A stretch of 64,000 bases of DNA from Schizochytrium sp. TIO01 (taxonomy: Eukaryota; Protista; Bigyra: Labyrinthulomycetes). Below are positions 45,882-59,178 of the stretch, in pieces. Every line of letters starts with the position of its first letter. Position 1 is the first letter of the stretch. Where the stretch lies: positions 968,436-1,032,435 of the forward strand of contig SMSO01000031.1 of the NCBI GenBank assembly GCA_004764695.1. The letters are read 5' to 3'. Below the pieces are notes generated by a model. That model saw only the letters and a program-made list of their open reading frames with translations, had not been told where the DNA came from and made no database searches. The position numbers were made by a program, and so were the translations under genes.

Positions 45882-46742
45882 ATGGACCCGGAGGTCACGC
45901 TCGGAAATATCTTCGATTTCTGGTTCGACGCAGAGTACAATTTACTTTTATTCCTCGCGGAGCTCATTAAGGTGCACTTCCCGACCGTGGACCTGGTACC
46001 ATGGGCTTACACGATCAGCCAGGCGATCGCTCCACATGCTGTGATCTTATGGATGGTGTGTGTCATTTTGCTCCCGTGCATTGTTGCAAAGGCGGACTCC
46101 TACCGCTTCATTGGCGCGTTGCTGTTTCTGTTCAATGGTTTGAACAATCTTGTGAAGATGTACAGCTTTGAATTTTCGTCAACCCCCCCGGTGCGGTATT
46201 ACGTCAACCCCACTGATCCTCTTCCTAAGTTGCTGATTCACCTCTGCATTGGTCTTCTGCTGTACGTTTTTATGGTAATCAACTTCGATGAGAGGCAGCC
46301 ATTCAGGTACTGCGCGATGTGTTGCTTTGCTTTGGAAAGGGTATTTGCGAACATCGAGCATTTAATGGTTCCTCATTTTGGGTTTTCTTTGATCGTGCAG
46401 ACCTTCTTCGGCGTCATTTTCTCCATCTGCCTCACTTTGCTATTGTACTTTTTCTGCTACAATTTTAGCGAGTCTGCCAGAGTTCATGACAAGGTGAAAA
46501 AATTCGCTTTTAAGGTGTTCTTCATTGTAATGGTATTCCAACTTGGCGGCGGGGAGTCGATACCGAGTGCTTATTACATACTTTTTGTAGCGTTGTTCGT
46601 CTGCACGGTACTTTACCAGGACGTGTACATTCGTATTCGTTACTTGAGTACTCCAAAATTTAATGAAGCGGGAGGCGTTCATCGAATGGGATGCTCTATT
46701 GGAGATCCAGGTCTGTTTGCACCTTACGAAAAGGCCATATAG
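45882..46742 (+). CDS. Hypothetical polytopic membrane protein
   Basis: 286-aa ATG-initiated ORF with about 7-8 hydrophobic segments; only a faint resemblance to PAP2/G6Pase-type proteins. Confidence 0.7.
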   Translation: MDPEVTLGNIFDFWFDAEYNLLLFLAELIKVHFPTVDLVPWAYTISQAIAPHAVILWMVCVILLPCIVAKADSYRFIGALLFLFNGLNNLVKMYSFEFSSTPPVRYYVNPTDPLPKLLIHLCIGLLLYVFMVINFDERQPFRYCAMCCFALERVFANIEHLMVPHFGFSLIVQTFFGVIFSICLTLLLYFFCYNFSESARVHDKVKKFAFKVFFIVMVFQLGGGESIPSAYYILFVALFVCTVLYQDVYIRIRYLSTPKFNEAGGVHRMGCSIGDPGLFAPYEKAI

Positions 46743-48060
46743 CAAACAAGGGATTTAATGTAGTACCGCGTTGATTGTGCAACAAGGTGGCCGTTTATAG
46801 TGGAAGTTATCCCTCTGGATGGATTGTGCCATATTGGCTTTCAGGGGGGAGTGGAATAGGAAAATCGCCATCAAGGGTCAAAATAGCATAGTAATACTAA
46901 AAAAATCAAAGAAGGAGAAAATGACAGAGTGAGAGCAAAACAGATGACCAATTAAAAAATCGAACTTTTAAACGATAAACCAAATGTAAGTCTTATGATA
47001 TACAAGGCTTTGGAATAATATAGAAATATCTTCAATTTTTTTTTTAATGTTTTCAATTTTCGCCAACTGTAGCTTTGGGACCTTGAAATTCTACCGCTGA
47101 AGTCTGACCCAGTTCTCCACAATTTGTAACTGTGCGAACTTCACGTATTTATTCCGCATTCATTAATCAATATCAATGACTAAACCCTAAAACCCGTGGC
47201 AAATCATTGAAGTCTCCCAGCAAACTCCATCAGAAGTAATGAGTGATTGTTTTGGCTTGAGGTTTTTCCATCTTAAAGCTAAAGTATTTCAACTTGCTTA
47301 GCTATGACCAGTGGAAGTGAGAATGAGAGGTATGTTGAGACGCGTGGCCTAATAATGTCACTACTTGTGAGGATTGGAAAGTTTCCTGCCTCATAAACGA
47401 CACTCAGCAATTCACCAATCATGTCTCTGACGTCAATTACAACAACAAAACAGTCCTTCGACGCACATATCTTCTACCAATTCGCTCTTCAAAGTGATCC
47501 CTTTTAAATAATGAATTCTAAGCCTTAAGGCATTTAATAGGTGGTCTTAGCACCTAGATGCACACCTTATAGTGGGGGTGCCCGGGCATACTAATGGGGA
47601 CACCTTGCGTACACCTGCGCACGCTTCGGCAGTGTCTGCATCGACGGCAGCAAGACGAAATCGTGAACGCAAACCACGAACTCTGCTCGCAGGAGCGCAA
47701 ACGTGGCTGGTTTGGCGGGAATATCGAGGTGAGGTTGAAGCCCCTGGATCACCCAGGAGCACTGCTGAGTTTTTGGCGACGCCTGGACAGCTCTGGAAGC
47801 ACCCATCAGCGATTCGCGGAGATTTCGTGGGCGCGAACGCGAGGCGTCAAGCGCGATATAAGGGAGCTCAGTGCTATTTAGGCTAGATTGGCCCATCACT
47901 CTGACATTCTTCTATATACATCGTGGATCTGGAGACGTAAGAGGGGTCTGGGAAAAACTATCAGGTGGTTTAGATCATCAAAGCGAGACGTTGGAGCGAG
48001 TTCTGAAGAATATTGCTGTCGGCGAAAGGTTGAATTTGCCGGGTCGAGATCGTAGAAACC

Positions 48061-50100
48061 ATGACCGCAGAGGAAGAGCCGCTCCTGGTTGAACATGCCG
48101 ATGTTGGAGGTCACGATGAAAATGCCGTCGCGAAAAGCATCTCAGAACGTCGTGCTGAAGAAAAGGGTACTGAGGCCTCTAAGGAGCAGGGCCCAGCTGA
48201 GATTTTAGAGAATGAAGATGGAGCTTCAACAAGTAGATCTATTGTTGCTGCTGGTGATAATGCCGGAGAATTCTCTGGTAAACTATCTGAAAAAGCTAAC
48301 ACTATACAGGCTCGCTGGAGTATGCGTGAAGTTGCCAAATTGGCTCGTGAGAATGCTGCTGGTGACATGGTCTTTGCCATGGTTGCCTTGGTAGTGTCCA
48401 GCGGGACGAACCTCGCTCTCCCTAAGATCATGGGCCTCATGGTGGACTTGGTCTCTAAGCCTGCCGCAGATGCTGATGCTGGTCGCCTCAGTGTATCCAA
48501 AGCTGCATGGGCTGCAATGGGCGTTTTTGCGGCAGGTGCGATGGGCTCCATTGCTCGGGTCTTCTTTCTGAATTCTGCAGAGACCAAGATTTCTCAACGC
48601 CTTCGTGTTGATCTTTACCGCGCAGCTCTTCAGTTTGGACCCATGGAGCAGGACGCCAACGAGGTCATTACTTGCCTCACGCAGGATGCTGAAGACCTTT
48701 CCAAGTCTATTTGCAAGAACGTCGCATCGTTGTACCGTGGCTGCAACTCTGCCTTTGGCGGAATGGCAATGCTTTGCTATATTTCGCCTCAGCTGACCAT
48801 GGTTTCTTTGAGCTTGCTCCCGATGATAGGTTCAGGTGCATTTGCTTTTTCTAGATTCTCACGGCGAAAGGCCAAGGAAGTCAAGGAGGACACCCGGGTC
48901 GCTGTTGCACGTGCCGGTGAGCGCGTGCAGTACCTTGCGACTGTGCGCATGTTCAACAATGAAACTCGTGAGGTTAACAGATTTGCCTCGGCAATGAGCG
49001 ACCTTCGCAGTCGCTCGTCTAGTGCAGGACTTGCAGAGGGAATATTCATTGGAGGTCTCAGTTTTTCATTGAACGCATCGCTTCTGGCAGTTGTCTGCTA
49101 TGGAGGACGCTTGGTAGCGGCTGGAGCAATGTCTGGTGGCCAGCTTGCCTCATTTGCAATGTACAGCGGTCTGATGGGACTCGGTTTTGGCCAGCTAGGC
49201 AGCGCGTATAGTGATATCTCAAGATCCTTAGGTGCTTCACAGCGTCTCAAGGGATTCCTGAATGATATTCCTTTGGCCACTAAAGAAGAGCGGGCTCCTG
49301 ATTCTGGAGCCAGGTCATCGGAGGTTGCGGCTGTACAAGTCAGAGATCCTATATTGCGTTTCGAGAACGTTCACTTTGCATACAGCGCCACCCCAGACAA
49401 GGAAGTATTGCAAGGAATTAATTTGACTCTCGAACCTGGCAAGATCATTTGCATTGCAGGACGCTCTGGTGTAGGCAAGTCGACTTTGTCAAAGCTGATC
49501 ATGCGGGCCGAAGAGGATTGGCAAGGCAAGATCACTTTAGATAGTCGTGACATTCGCGACTTTTCTCTTAGGGAATACCGTACCTTGCTCTCGGTTGTCG
49601 ATCAACGGCCTGCTCTTTTCACGGACCTCACGATTGCGGAAAACATCGCGTTTTCCAGACCTGGTGCAAGTCAGGAAGAGATTCGAGAGGCGGCAAAGAT
49701 GGCCGAAGCGCTGGATTTCGTAGAGGCTTTACCAGATGGGTTTTTCACTAGAGTAGGGGCAGGTCCCAATAGTGTGCATCTTTCTGTTGGCCAAGCGCAG
49801 CGCATTGCACTCGCGCGAGCTTTCTTGCGCCGTGCACGTGTCTACTTGTTTGATGAGCACTCGTCGAGCCTCGATCAGCGTGCAGAGCAGGACATCCAAA
49901 AGTCAGTGCGCAGCCTAGCTGAACAAGGTTGCACGGTTATCATGATTGCCCACCGTGCCTCGATGCTGAAGTCTGCTGACAAGGTCGTGGTGCTGGAGGC
50001 TGGTGCTGTCGCCGAAGAGGGAACTTATGATACCCTTTTGGCTAAGCCTCAGGGTGCCTTCCGGGAGCTTTTGCACAACTTGGATGATATGCGTGCATGA
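48061..50100 (+). CDS. ABC transporter subfamily B half-transporter (ABCB10/MDL1-like)
   Basis: TMD followed by NBD with Walker A GRSGVGKST, Q-loop VDQRP, signature LSVGQAQR, Walker B YLFDE, D-loop SSSLD, H-loop IAHR. Confidence 0.92.
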   Translation: MTAEEEPLLVEHADVGGHDENAVAKSISERRAEEKGTEASKEQGPAEILENEDGASTSRSIVAAGDNAGEFSGKLSEKANTIQARWSMREVAKLARENAAGDMVFAMVALVVSSGTNLALPKIMGLMVDLVSKPAADADAGRLSVSKAAWAAMGVFAAGAMGSIARVFFLNSAETKISQRLRVDLYRAALQFGPMEQDANEVITCLTQDAEDLSKSICKNVASLYRGCNSAFGGMAMLCYISPQLTMVSLSLLPMIGSGAFAFSRFSRRKAKEVKEDTRVAVARAGERVQYLATVRMFNNETREVNRFASAMSDLRSRSSSAGLAEGIFIGGLSFSLNASLLAVVCYGGRLVAAGAMSGGQLASFAMYSGLMGLGFGQLGSAYSDISRSLGASQRLKGFLNDIPLATKEERAPDSGARSSEVAAVQVRDPILRFENVHFAYSATPDKEVLQGINLTLEPGKIICIAGRSGVGKSTLSKLIMRAEEDWQGKITLDSRDIRDFSLREYRTLLSVVDQRPALFTDLTIAENIAFSRPGASQEEIREAAKMAEALDFVEALPDGFFTRVGAGPNSVHLSVGQAQRIALARAFLRRARVYLFDEHSSSLDQRAEQDIQKSVRSLAEQGCTVIMIAHRASMLKSADKVVVLEAGAVAEEGTYDTLLAKPQGAFRELLHNLDDMRA

Positions 50101-50759
50101 TTTGCTCAAAACCTGCTGGGTTGGCAATGCTGATCCAAAGTGGTTATCGCAAATCACCCCGCTTCCTCTGAAGCAAATATATATTTTTATAGTCAAACCT
50201 CTTTAAGACACGCCAAATCATCCATTTGGGGGGGTTGCAGTGTCATCGTCGGTCCAAAGCATTGGATCTAGTCAAATAAGCTAGAAACATGCTTCAAGGT
50301 TTTCTATTCTTTGCGACTCACTCCGCATCTCCGTATCTCATAGGCCTTGAATATGCTAATCTACGGGTGAAATCTAATAACTCTAGTCTGCATAGCAGCA
50401 CAACGCCTATATTTAGACCTCTTGTTTTCATCAGAATTCAGAGGATTATCCAGAGCCGTTTCTTTCAGTGCGCGAATAATGTTCGTAGATAAGAACTAAA
50501 AACCCTCAATCAAAATAAATTACCAATAGATCACCTCACGTCCAAGCCACGTTCAAAATCGTTTGGGAATTGAGCACAAAGCGAAAGAAGAAACGTTGCA
50601 TCCTAACTCATGGAAAGCCCTCCATGAATAGTTAGTAGGGTCTGCACAAAACAATGAGAAGCCACAGGCTTTCTTAGAACCTAATGTAGAGTATTGAGTA
50701 AGCACGCAAAGAAGTAAATGATCAAAATTCAGAAAAGATTTTATGTTTATACTGTACAT

Positions 50760-53700
50760 TTACAGAATAGAGTCATCTATTTCAACGATGAACGGATTGC
50801 CTCGACGCGCAGTTGCAGGTGTGTATACAGCCTCGGCTGTCATTGGGGGAGGAGCCGAGGCTGCTGAGGCTGCAGGGGTGCTTGCAACGTGAGAAGTCAC
50901 ATGGTTTGCAGATGGTACAACACTTGCTGTTGGGACATTGTCCCAGTCTGGTTCAGAGTTCCTATCCACTGGTACGGGCGAGCTTTGGGCAAAACTACTG
51001 CTTCGCAGTTGTGATTGCGAGTCTTCATGAAGTCTAGATTGACGCCGAACACTACTTTCTACCACGGTAGGAACAGATCTAGCAGAAGATACTCCATTAC
51101 CTGGACTAGAAACTCTGCGCGCAGACGCTCCTAAAGAACTTGTTGGTGTCACTACCGCGGGTGGGCTTGTGACAGTAGGGACTTGAGGTGCAGTTGCAGG
51201 TGTAACAGGTGATACATAGAGCGGAGGAGCTGAAGGGGATGGCGTGGACTCTGTAGAAAGTGATGTAGCCGCCAGATGTCGCGTCTCGATCGAAATAACG
51301 CGAGTTGGCTGCGGGGAAGGGGCAGTTTCTCTCGCATTCGAGGTTGTAATAGGAACCGATGAAGAGGCAGCTGTGGAGTGTGACGAATTAGATGCTGTTC
51401 GTGAAGGCCGAGAGGACGTTGTTGTTGGGGTGTCAGACAGCTCGCTGGGAAGGGTACCGGAAAGGAGTTCGAGACGCCGAGATCTATCTCTACGTTCAGC
51501 TTCACAGGCATTGCAAAGGCCTCGGACATTTTGTTTGTTAGAGTAGTTGTCTTGACATTCGGGACATTTGGGGGGCGTGTGACTGGCAATCGGTCTTGAT
51601 TTACTCCAGAACCATCGACTGCCACAACTGCGGCAGCAGAAGCTGTAGTAGATCTTCTTCCAGGGCGCGTAGAAGTCGAGCTGGAACGCTGTCCTTGACT
51701 AGTACGTCCAGCGGCACCTCCAGCTGCTGACGCTCTCCTTATAGCGCCCTTTGCTGCTCGCTTTCTCAGTTCAGCATCTGAAGGCGACCCACAATACCGA
51801 CAGCATATGACGATAGCAATAATAAGACCTAGTACGAATGCTCCACAGCCGGCCCCAATGGCGATGAACTTATGTTCCCGCAAGGCTTCTAGTAATTTAT
51901 CAAAGGGAGATGTACTGTCACTGTTGTCATCAACAGTGGACGATAGAGAGGACGCGCAAACACCGGGACCAGAGGACGTAGGAGCGGATGTTGCAGCGGA
52001 TCCATTGTCATAGCAATTTTCTCCAGTCGAATTCCATGAGCAAGCGGACCAGTTGATACAGCTAACCTCCTTTGATTGCGAGTCACATCGGCCCTGTGCC
52101 AGCAGGATAAACACCTGTATTTTTACATTTGTCATAGTCTTCAAGGTAAATACATGCGGTGTATAAGTTGCATTCAGCGGAGTTGTTATCATAGCTTGAA
52201 CACTGATAACCCACAGGCGGTTCTGAGGCGCTTGTTGGGGCAGATGTAGGTGCCAAAGTACTATTTTTTTTGCAGTAAGTGGGCTGACTAGATGTTTCGA
52301 AGCAATCGTCATCAGAGATGCATATTTCTCCTGGGAGACACCCATTACAGGAGCCTCCGCAATCTACGTCTGTTTCATCTTCGTCAAGAACACCATTGTT
52401 GCACGTGATAGTCGCTGACGCCTTCAAGGTGGCGGCGCGTACACACGCGGAACTGCTACAGACAAGCCGGTCACCAGGATCCTCGTCTGTTTCAAGCAAT
52501 CCACCGCACGTGGTGCCTTCTTCGACATTCTGGCCACTGTCTCCGTCGACTTCGAAGCAAGTGGAGCTGCTCTCACTAGTTCGGCATTGGAGTACACCAC
52601 AGGAAGCATTGTAGTCATTATAGTCGGCTGATTCACACACAACATAGCCTTTGTTGTTGCATTGCTCCTCATGGGATTTACAGTCGCCCACAAAACAAGA
52701 TCCCTTGTCATCGGTACCACATGAGTTTCCATTTGGCATATGAGAGTCAACAGGGCATGTCGATACCTCCCCATTGCAAGTTTCAGCGATATCGCAATCC
52801 TCGTCTGCCGCATCACGGCAAACATAGCTTTCGTTTGCAAATCGGATTTTGCATGTAGATTCATTACAGCAGACGTCGTCTGCACTGCACTCTGCACCAT
52901 CAATGAGTTTACATTCAGAACCATCGCAACAAGGGTCAAGGTCACTGCAGTCATCTTCACCACAGTCACATTCTTCTCCACTCTCACGAACGCCGTTACC
53001 ACACACAGGTTCGAGCGTCCAGGTGATAGTAGCTGCATCCTCGGCACAGGCTGAGTTAACACGCTCGTAGTTTGGGCGGTAGGTGCAACTACTGGTGCAG
53101 CCTGATGGATAAGAAACACCACCAAATGCCATTTCAAGCCAACCTACAGTGCAAGTTGACCAGTCGTCCTGATCAACTCCGTCCGGGTCCATAATCCAAG
53201 CCCCAGCTGTGCATGGAGAAGAAACAGGGGTGTCTTCCAGATAGTATGTTGTGTGTTGTACACCAAGATTGTGTCCAAGCTCATGAGCCAAAATTGTTGC
53301 CACTGTAGAGAGCTGAGAATCAGTTGCTTGAACAACACCCGTGGCAGATGACTTACTGCATAGTACATTAACATGAGCCAGACCGACGGTGCTTGAACGA
53401 AAATTTAGACCTGAAAGAAGTTGCGCTGCGCCATGGTCCGGGAAGACTGTTATCCGTAGAAAGTAGCTGCGAACGCCAGCTAGTAAAGTCTGATAAGAGA
53501 GTTTCTTCATTTGCCTCCCCATCATCGTCAATTTCTGGAGTCCAATAGTCTCCGTGGGAGAATGTAATCATGCCAACGATCTGAAGTGAGAGTGTGATTG
53601 TGCTTGTTTGCTCATTGAGTTTGTTGTAGAGTTCTACTGTCTCTTGTAATAACTCGGCGCTATTCAAAAGTGTATCATCGCCATAGGCTACAAAACGAGC

Positions 53701-54453
53701 ATGGTCGTTCACGATGAGTAGTTTGATATATTTAGTTGTCTTGGTGAGTTTCCGGCCGGTCAGCGAGGAGAAAAGAGATTGCTGCGATGTTCTTGAGGTC
53801 TGGGTGCGCAGACCAGGGTTTTCAAGATCGCTAGGAAGAATAACCTCCGGTACTTCTTTGTGTTCGCAATGATAGGGTTTGTCGAGAATTGGGTCAATCC
53901 AATAAACCAGGCAACGGGCCGTCGACCCTTCAATTTTACCGACAGGAACGAGTGCAAGTCGTCCATCATCAGATTCAAAGGACCCGGAGAAGCGATTTGC
54001 GCAAGTTCGCGCGAGGCTGACGTGGCCGTTGGGGTCTTGAGACCTGTATAAACAATCAATAACGTGATGTTGTAGTTTCTTCGTAATACCGCGCTTATCT
54101 ACGTGCCGATGTTGAACTGCACCCCCTGGAAATATACTGTTATCCGGTTCGACAACGATATGGCGGGATGTGTTGAATGCAATAAAGTCCAGGGTTAGCG
54201 AAGACTGGCGGCCGTCGCCGTCATGCTGATAAAGCAGTTCCACATCCACAAACTCGTACGACATACCCACTTCTTCTAATCTTGCTACAGTCTGGCGCCA
54301 GTCCCACACTGCTCGCGATGGTGAAATCAATAGAGCTAGTGTCGCTACAACGAGAGCTATGGCAATTCTCGAGCTCACATTCCGCCTGCTGCTTTTACGT
54401 ATTGACGAAGTCCCCGTTGTTGTTTTGCACAATGACATCCCAGAAAACATCAT
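50760..54453 (-). pseudogene. ADAM-family metalloprotease-disintegrin interrupted by three 1-nt frameshifts (pseudogene or assembly errors)
   Basis: Signal peptide, prodomain, reprolysin domain (KYIKLLIVNDH, HELGHNLGVQH, Met-turn WIMDP), disintegrin (CGNGVRESGEECDCG, CDIAETCNG), Cys-rich region, TM helix and S/T/P-rich tail, spread over four frames. The frames join at ~53440, ~52093 and ~51572 with no intervening intron sequence. Confidence 0.85.
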
Positions 54454-57116
54454 CTTGTGTAATAAATGAGATGAGCTACCCGACTCAACTTCACTAGACA
54501 GGCAACGCTACTCGGCCAGCCAGTCCCTCGACGATGTTTTTCGTAGATTGGCGTATGAATGGGCTGAGCCACTTGAGTAGAATATGTGAATTAGCCCTGC
54601 TGCTTTGCTTGTTTACAAGTTAACCTATAAGTGAGAAGTTGTGAACCGGGAGTCTTGTGCAAGCAAGGCAAGTAAGGCAAGCACACCTTCGGGGAGCGAG
54701 CAGTCCTTGCTTCAAACAAACCGCACAAACAGCAAGGTCTCCGGAGCTGGCTGGTCCAAACAAGGCTTTCTGCGACAATGGCCGGTCCCGTGGCCTCTTG
54801 AACCAAGCGTGAAACTTCACTTAGCGATGGTCTCTTCGCCGCTGTTTCGGAGCCGGTAACAATAAAACGCAGAACAATATAAAAACAAAAAACAAAACAA
54901 AAAAACAGAATAATCAGGCGATCGCTACAGACTGCCTGATATAGGAAAACGCTGTGGCACGGGCTCCCACGGTGCCGCTCCAGGCCCAGGCGCCCCCGTC
55001 AGCCTGTCTGCGTGGAGAGGTTCTCCAGCCTCAGGCACAAGACCGCAAATCGGTCAACGCAGTTTGAGTTCAACCTGTTATTAAGTGTTTGAGTGACATT
55101 GGCCTCGCCAAGAGTGATGTTCTTCCAAACGATTTCATTCATCTCTTTTCTTTCAAATATTATTATTATTCTTTCTTTTAATTCTTTTAATTCTTTTCTT
55201 TCTTTTCTTTCTTGTTTCTGTTTTGGGACGTACCAAATAGACAACTTACATTCTCCTCGATGCTTCGGCAGATCGCCATTCCAGCCACCCACCAACAAAC
55301 AATCCGTTCTCATTCCTTCGAAGGTCGATCGATCGATCGAGAGAGCCCAAATCACTTTCGAGATTCTTTCAGGGCCCCGGCTCGCTACAATTTGGAGTCG
55401 CCATGCGAAGGAGACACGCTTTAGTTTTATTTCTTCCATTACCCTATCATGCTTTATATACCATGTTCTACACATACATATTTAGTTCATCAAGGTTCCT
55501 CATTCCCTCTTCATTAAAAGGCCTTTATCTTTATTCTTATTTCTTTCTCTCTTAAAATAAAATAAAAAATACAAATACAAATACAAATACAAATTAAATA
55601 AAATAGTCGGCTTGAACAGCACTTTAGTTATACTAATACAGCACAAACAATCAAAGAAACAATCAAAGAAACAAAGAAACAACAAAGAAACAAACAAAGA
55701 AACCCATTGAGCACGCGCCTTTCTTCATAGAGAGCTGAGCCGTAAGCACGTAAACTCAAGTCAAACAGAACGGAACGGAACAGAACAACAACAACATAGA
55801 ACAGAACAAAAAGAACGAACAAACAAACAGCATCTTGGACAAAGTCGCGACGTTTTCGATCGATCTCGTGCGTGGCAGAACTGCAAAACTCCGTGGCGGC
55901 GCAGCTTCTCCTCAATCTTCGGTTTGCAGAGCTCTCATGCCTACTCTCCAAGCGCGCGAGCGAGCGTCCACTGGCTTTGAAGCAGCCGGCCAATCAAAGA
56001 ACTGCGGCGATCCTACGAGCTCTTTTCCTAGTCCCTGAACGGGTCTGTCTATGAGGAGCCCCAAAACACAGACGACAGCACATCCAACGAACCGCTGCGA
56101 AGGAGCAGCGATCAGGTTTTTGAAGAGCCCCGCCTCGACGAGTTCACGTGGCTCTGCGATTGCTTCGCTCTCTTCGGTTCCCGCTTTTCGACAGCTCTTC
56201 GAGTTCTTCTCGTTCGAGATGACGGAGAACTCCTCCAAATCGCTCAACGCCAAAATCCGCTTCAACCGTTCTTTCGTTCTCTCTTTCGTTCTGTTCTTTC
56301 GTTCTCTCTTTCGTTCTTTCTTTCGTTCTTTCTGTGAACATTGTACCTATGTACCTACTCGCTTATTCTTCTTCTTACAACAAGTTTTATCGATGTACCT
56401 GTAAAGTATATTTTAGTATCTTTGCTTTTCTTTTTGCAAGACTGAAACTAAAGTTAGGAAAACTAAAATCGAAGTACGTTTCACTCCACTATCATGCTCT
56501 GGGTCGATGGCCTTTCTATAAACAGGCACTAGAGATGCCCCATTCAATCCACATGTTGATGGAATGCGGAATCAGACACAACAGCAAACAGCAAGTTAAC
56601 TTACAATACACAAAATCGTAAGAAGCGCGTTAAGTTCGTCTCAGAAATAAGAGTTGCGCAATGCTGTACTCTCAACCTCCCTAGCTATCAACTAAGGGGT
56701 CTTACCGTAGGGGAGCACATCACGGAAGTCCCCAATAATACAACAGAAAGAAATAGAAATAAATAGAAATAAATCGATGCCATGCCCAGACAGAAGCTTC
56801 TAACTCCAGCCGGCCAAAACGTACGTTATGGATGGGGGGACGGCTTCCCAGTGGCGGTGTGGTGCTCACCAAACCCGCTCAGAGGCGATCTCTCCGCGCC
56901 GACCACGGCATAAATAAACGGGGGTCTCAGCGAAAGGACCTCCTCGAGCCTCGAGCGAGAGAACGAGTGTTTTATTGGCTTCTTCTACACTTACTTCTCC
57001 ACGTCGTCTTCGCTTCACTGCTACCGTTAAGCCTAGGCGGCGCGCTACCGCGTACACACCTTCGCTGGCGCTTTTTTAGTTTTGCTGCCGTTTCTGCAGC
57101 AAAAGGACCTCAGACT

Positions 57117-57195
57117 GTCTCTCTCTCTCTCTCTCTCTCTCTGTGTCTCTGTCGTTCTCGTTCCCGTTCTCGTTCCCGTTCCCGTTCTCGTTCTC
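57117..57195. repeat. (CT)n followed by (CGTTCY)n simple repeats
   Basis: Seen directly. Confidence 0.85.
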
Positions 57196-59032
57196 CTTCC
57201 ATAGCGTTCCAAAGAATGGCCGACCTGAAAACCTGAGATCGCCGCTTCGTTGAAAGTCTGACTCATCTGTTGCTCTCTGCGAGGCTGCGTCAAGTTCGAA
57301 GGCGTGGCGGCCACCGCTAGAGAGAGGTTCGGTCTGCGGGTGCGCAGTCCACTGGGGTCCACGACTGAGAGGCCCTTGGTTGTTTATTGTGTCAAGCGGA
57401 GGCCGACTCGAAGAAAGAAAGGAACAGACCAAGAGAGAGAAGAAAGGAGCAAACAAACAGTGCCTACTTCTTTCTTTTAAAGCGCTCCTTCTTTTTAATT
57501 GAAAGGCCATAGAAACAAAGAAACAAAGAAACAAAGAAACAAAGAAACCAACTTGAAGAGACAAACCAACCAACCAGCCAGCCAGCGTGAGCCCCAAGAA
57601 AGCAAACTCGAGGGAGGAAACGCACAGAGGCGGGCGCAGAGGAGCATCAGCTTAGCTTTTTGCACATAGCCGTCAAAGCGATACTTGGTAATCATTCTTT
57701 CGAAAACTGCAAAAAAACATTAAAAAAAACAATTAAAAAAATAAAAAAAAAAAAAACTTACTCTGTCATACGTTTGTTTCCGCCTTGGTCAGTCAGAGGC
57801 CTCCCGCCGACTGCAAGATCTGCGAAAGCGGACCTTCGCTGGAGGACGTCGCGGTCTCGCACCAGCGAAGGGTGGGCCTATGGATTACCGGGTTAGAGAA
57901 AGAATGGCACTGATTGGTTGGTTTATCTGCCTTCGAGCTCGGTTCGCTCCGGGGCGCCATATTGGTTGCAAGTTACCGGTGGTTCAATTGAAAGAAGAAG
58001 AAGAAGGAAAAATTATTATGCGCCTCATTGTGTCAGCTTTTAAAGCTCTTAAAAGTGAAACATACACATACCATGAAAAAGAGGTAAATCCCAAAATTAA
58101 AAATGAACGATGAAAGAACGATTCTGCTCACCCCTCATAGAGAGCGCCTAAGCAGTCCTAAGGTTAAAGCGCGAGAAAGAGCGATGGAGGATGGAAATGT
58201 GCGAAGAAGCAGCGTTGAAGTTCTTTCTTTCGTCATGAATGGCCAAACTTGAAGATGCGCCAAAGGCCGCCGGGCGCTGCGAAGGCCCTCGCAAGCGCTC
58301 CGCTACCGCGGCACATGCCCAGGCAGTCGCTGCCGATACCGGGTAGAATGCGCCGCGGCCTTCATCGTCGAGAACACAGCTTCCTTCCTTGGCTTATTTT
58401 ACAATAAACAAATAAATAAACAAATAAATGAACAAATAAATGAACAAATAAATAAATAATGAAATAAATAAAGAAATAGATAACCAATAACCATTGCAAA
58501 AGCGCCTTTCGAAGTGAATTCGTCTCTCAACTAAGAAGAAGAAGAAGACACGTTATCGGTCTGTGGAGCATCGGTATAACGCGACGAGGCCGCCCAGGCA
58601 GACCCAGGATCCTGGGCGTTATGGCAGAGATCGGTTTGCGGTCGCGCTGGCGCTAGATCAACGGGAACCAGTGATCACGGCTGACGGACTTCGCGCCGAG
58701 GAGACAGACAGGTAGGTACGTCACTTGTACCCGGTCTGACTGTCTAAGTGTCTGTCTCTCTGTCTGTCTGTCTGTAAACGGGCAAATGCTGCTTTGATTT
58801 TCTACAGTCCTGTTCCTATTACAGTTCCTGGAAAGAGAAAGTTGAGAAGAAAAAGAAAGTGATCTGAAGTTTATATGTAACGAGGAAAACATTCCTTTAG
58901 GCACTTAGAGGTGTTGTTCTATTCTGTTCTGTTCTGTGTTGTTCTGTTCTGTTCTGTTCTCTGTTTGTTTCAAGGCCTTTTTCTGAGGGAAAGAGAAGAA
59001 GAACCCAAACGATGAGAACTCTGAAAGGGAAG

Positions 59033-59069
59033 TCAATCAATCAATCAATCAATCAATCAATTAAAAGGA

Positions 59070-59101
<32 letters not shown>

Positions 59102-59178
59102 ATGAATGAATGAATGAATGAAAGAATGAACGAATGAATGAAAGAATGAATGAAAGAATGAATGAATGAATGAATGAA
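59033..59178. repeat. Compound (CAAT)n-(GAAA)n-(GAAT)n microsatellite
   Basis: Seen directly. Nearby (AAAT/AAAC)n at ~58403-58480 and (TTCTG)n at ~58915-58960. Confidence 0.92.

Noticed and set aside
55261-55272. tgcttcggcag resembling the U6 snRNA 5' hairpin
   Set aside because: No downstream ACAGAGA box or other U6 sequence.
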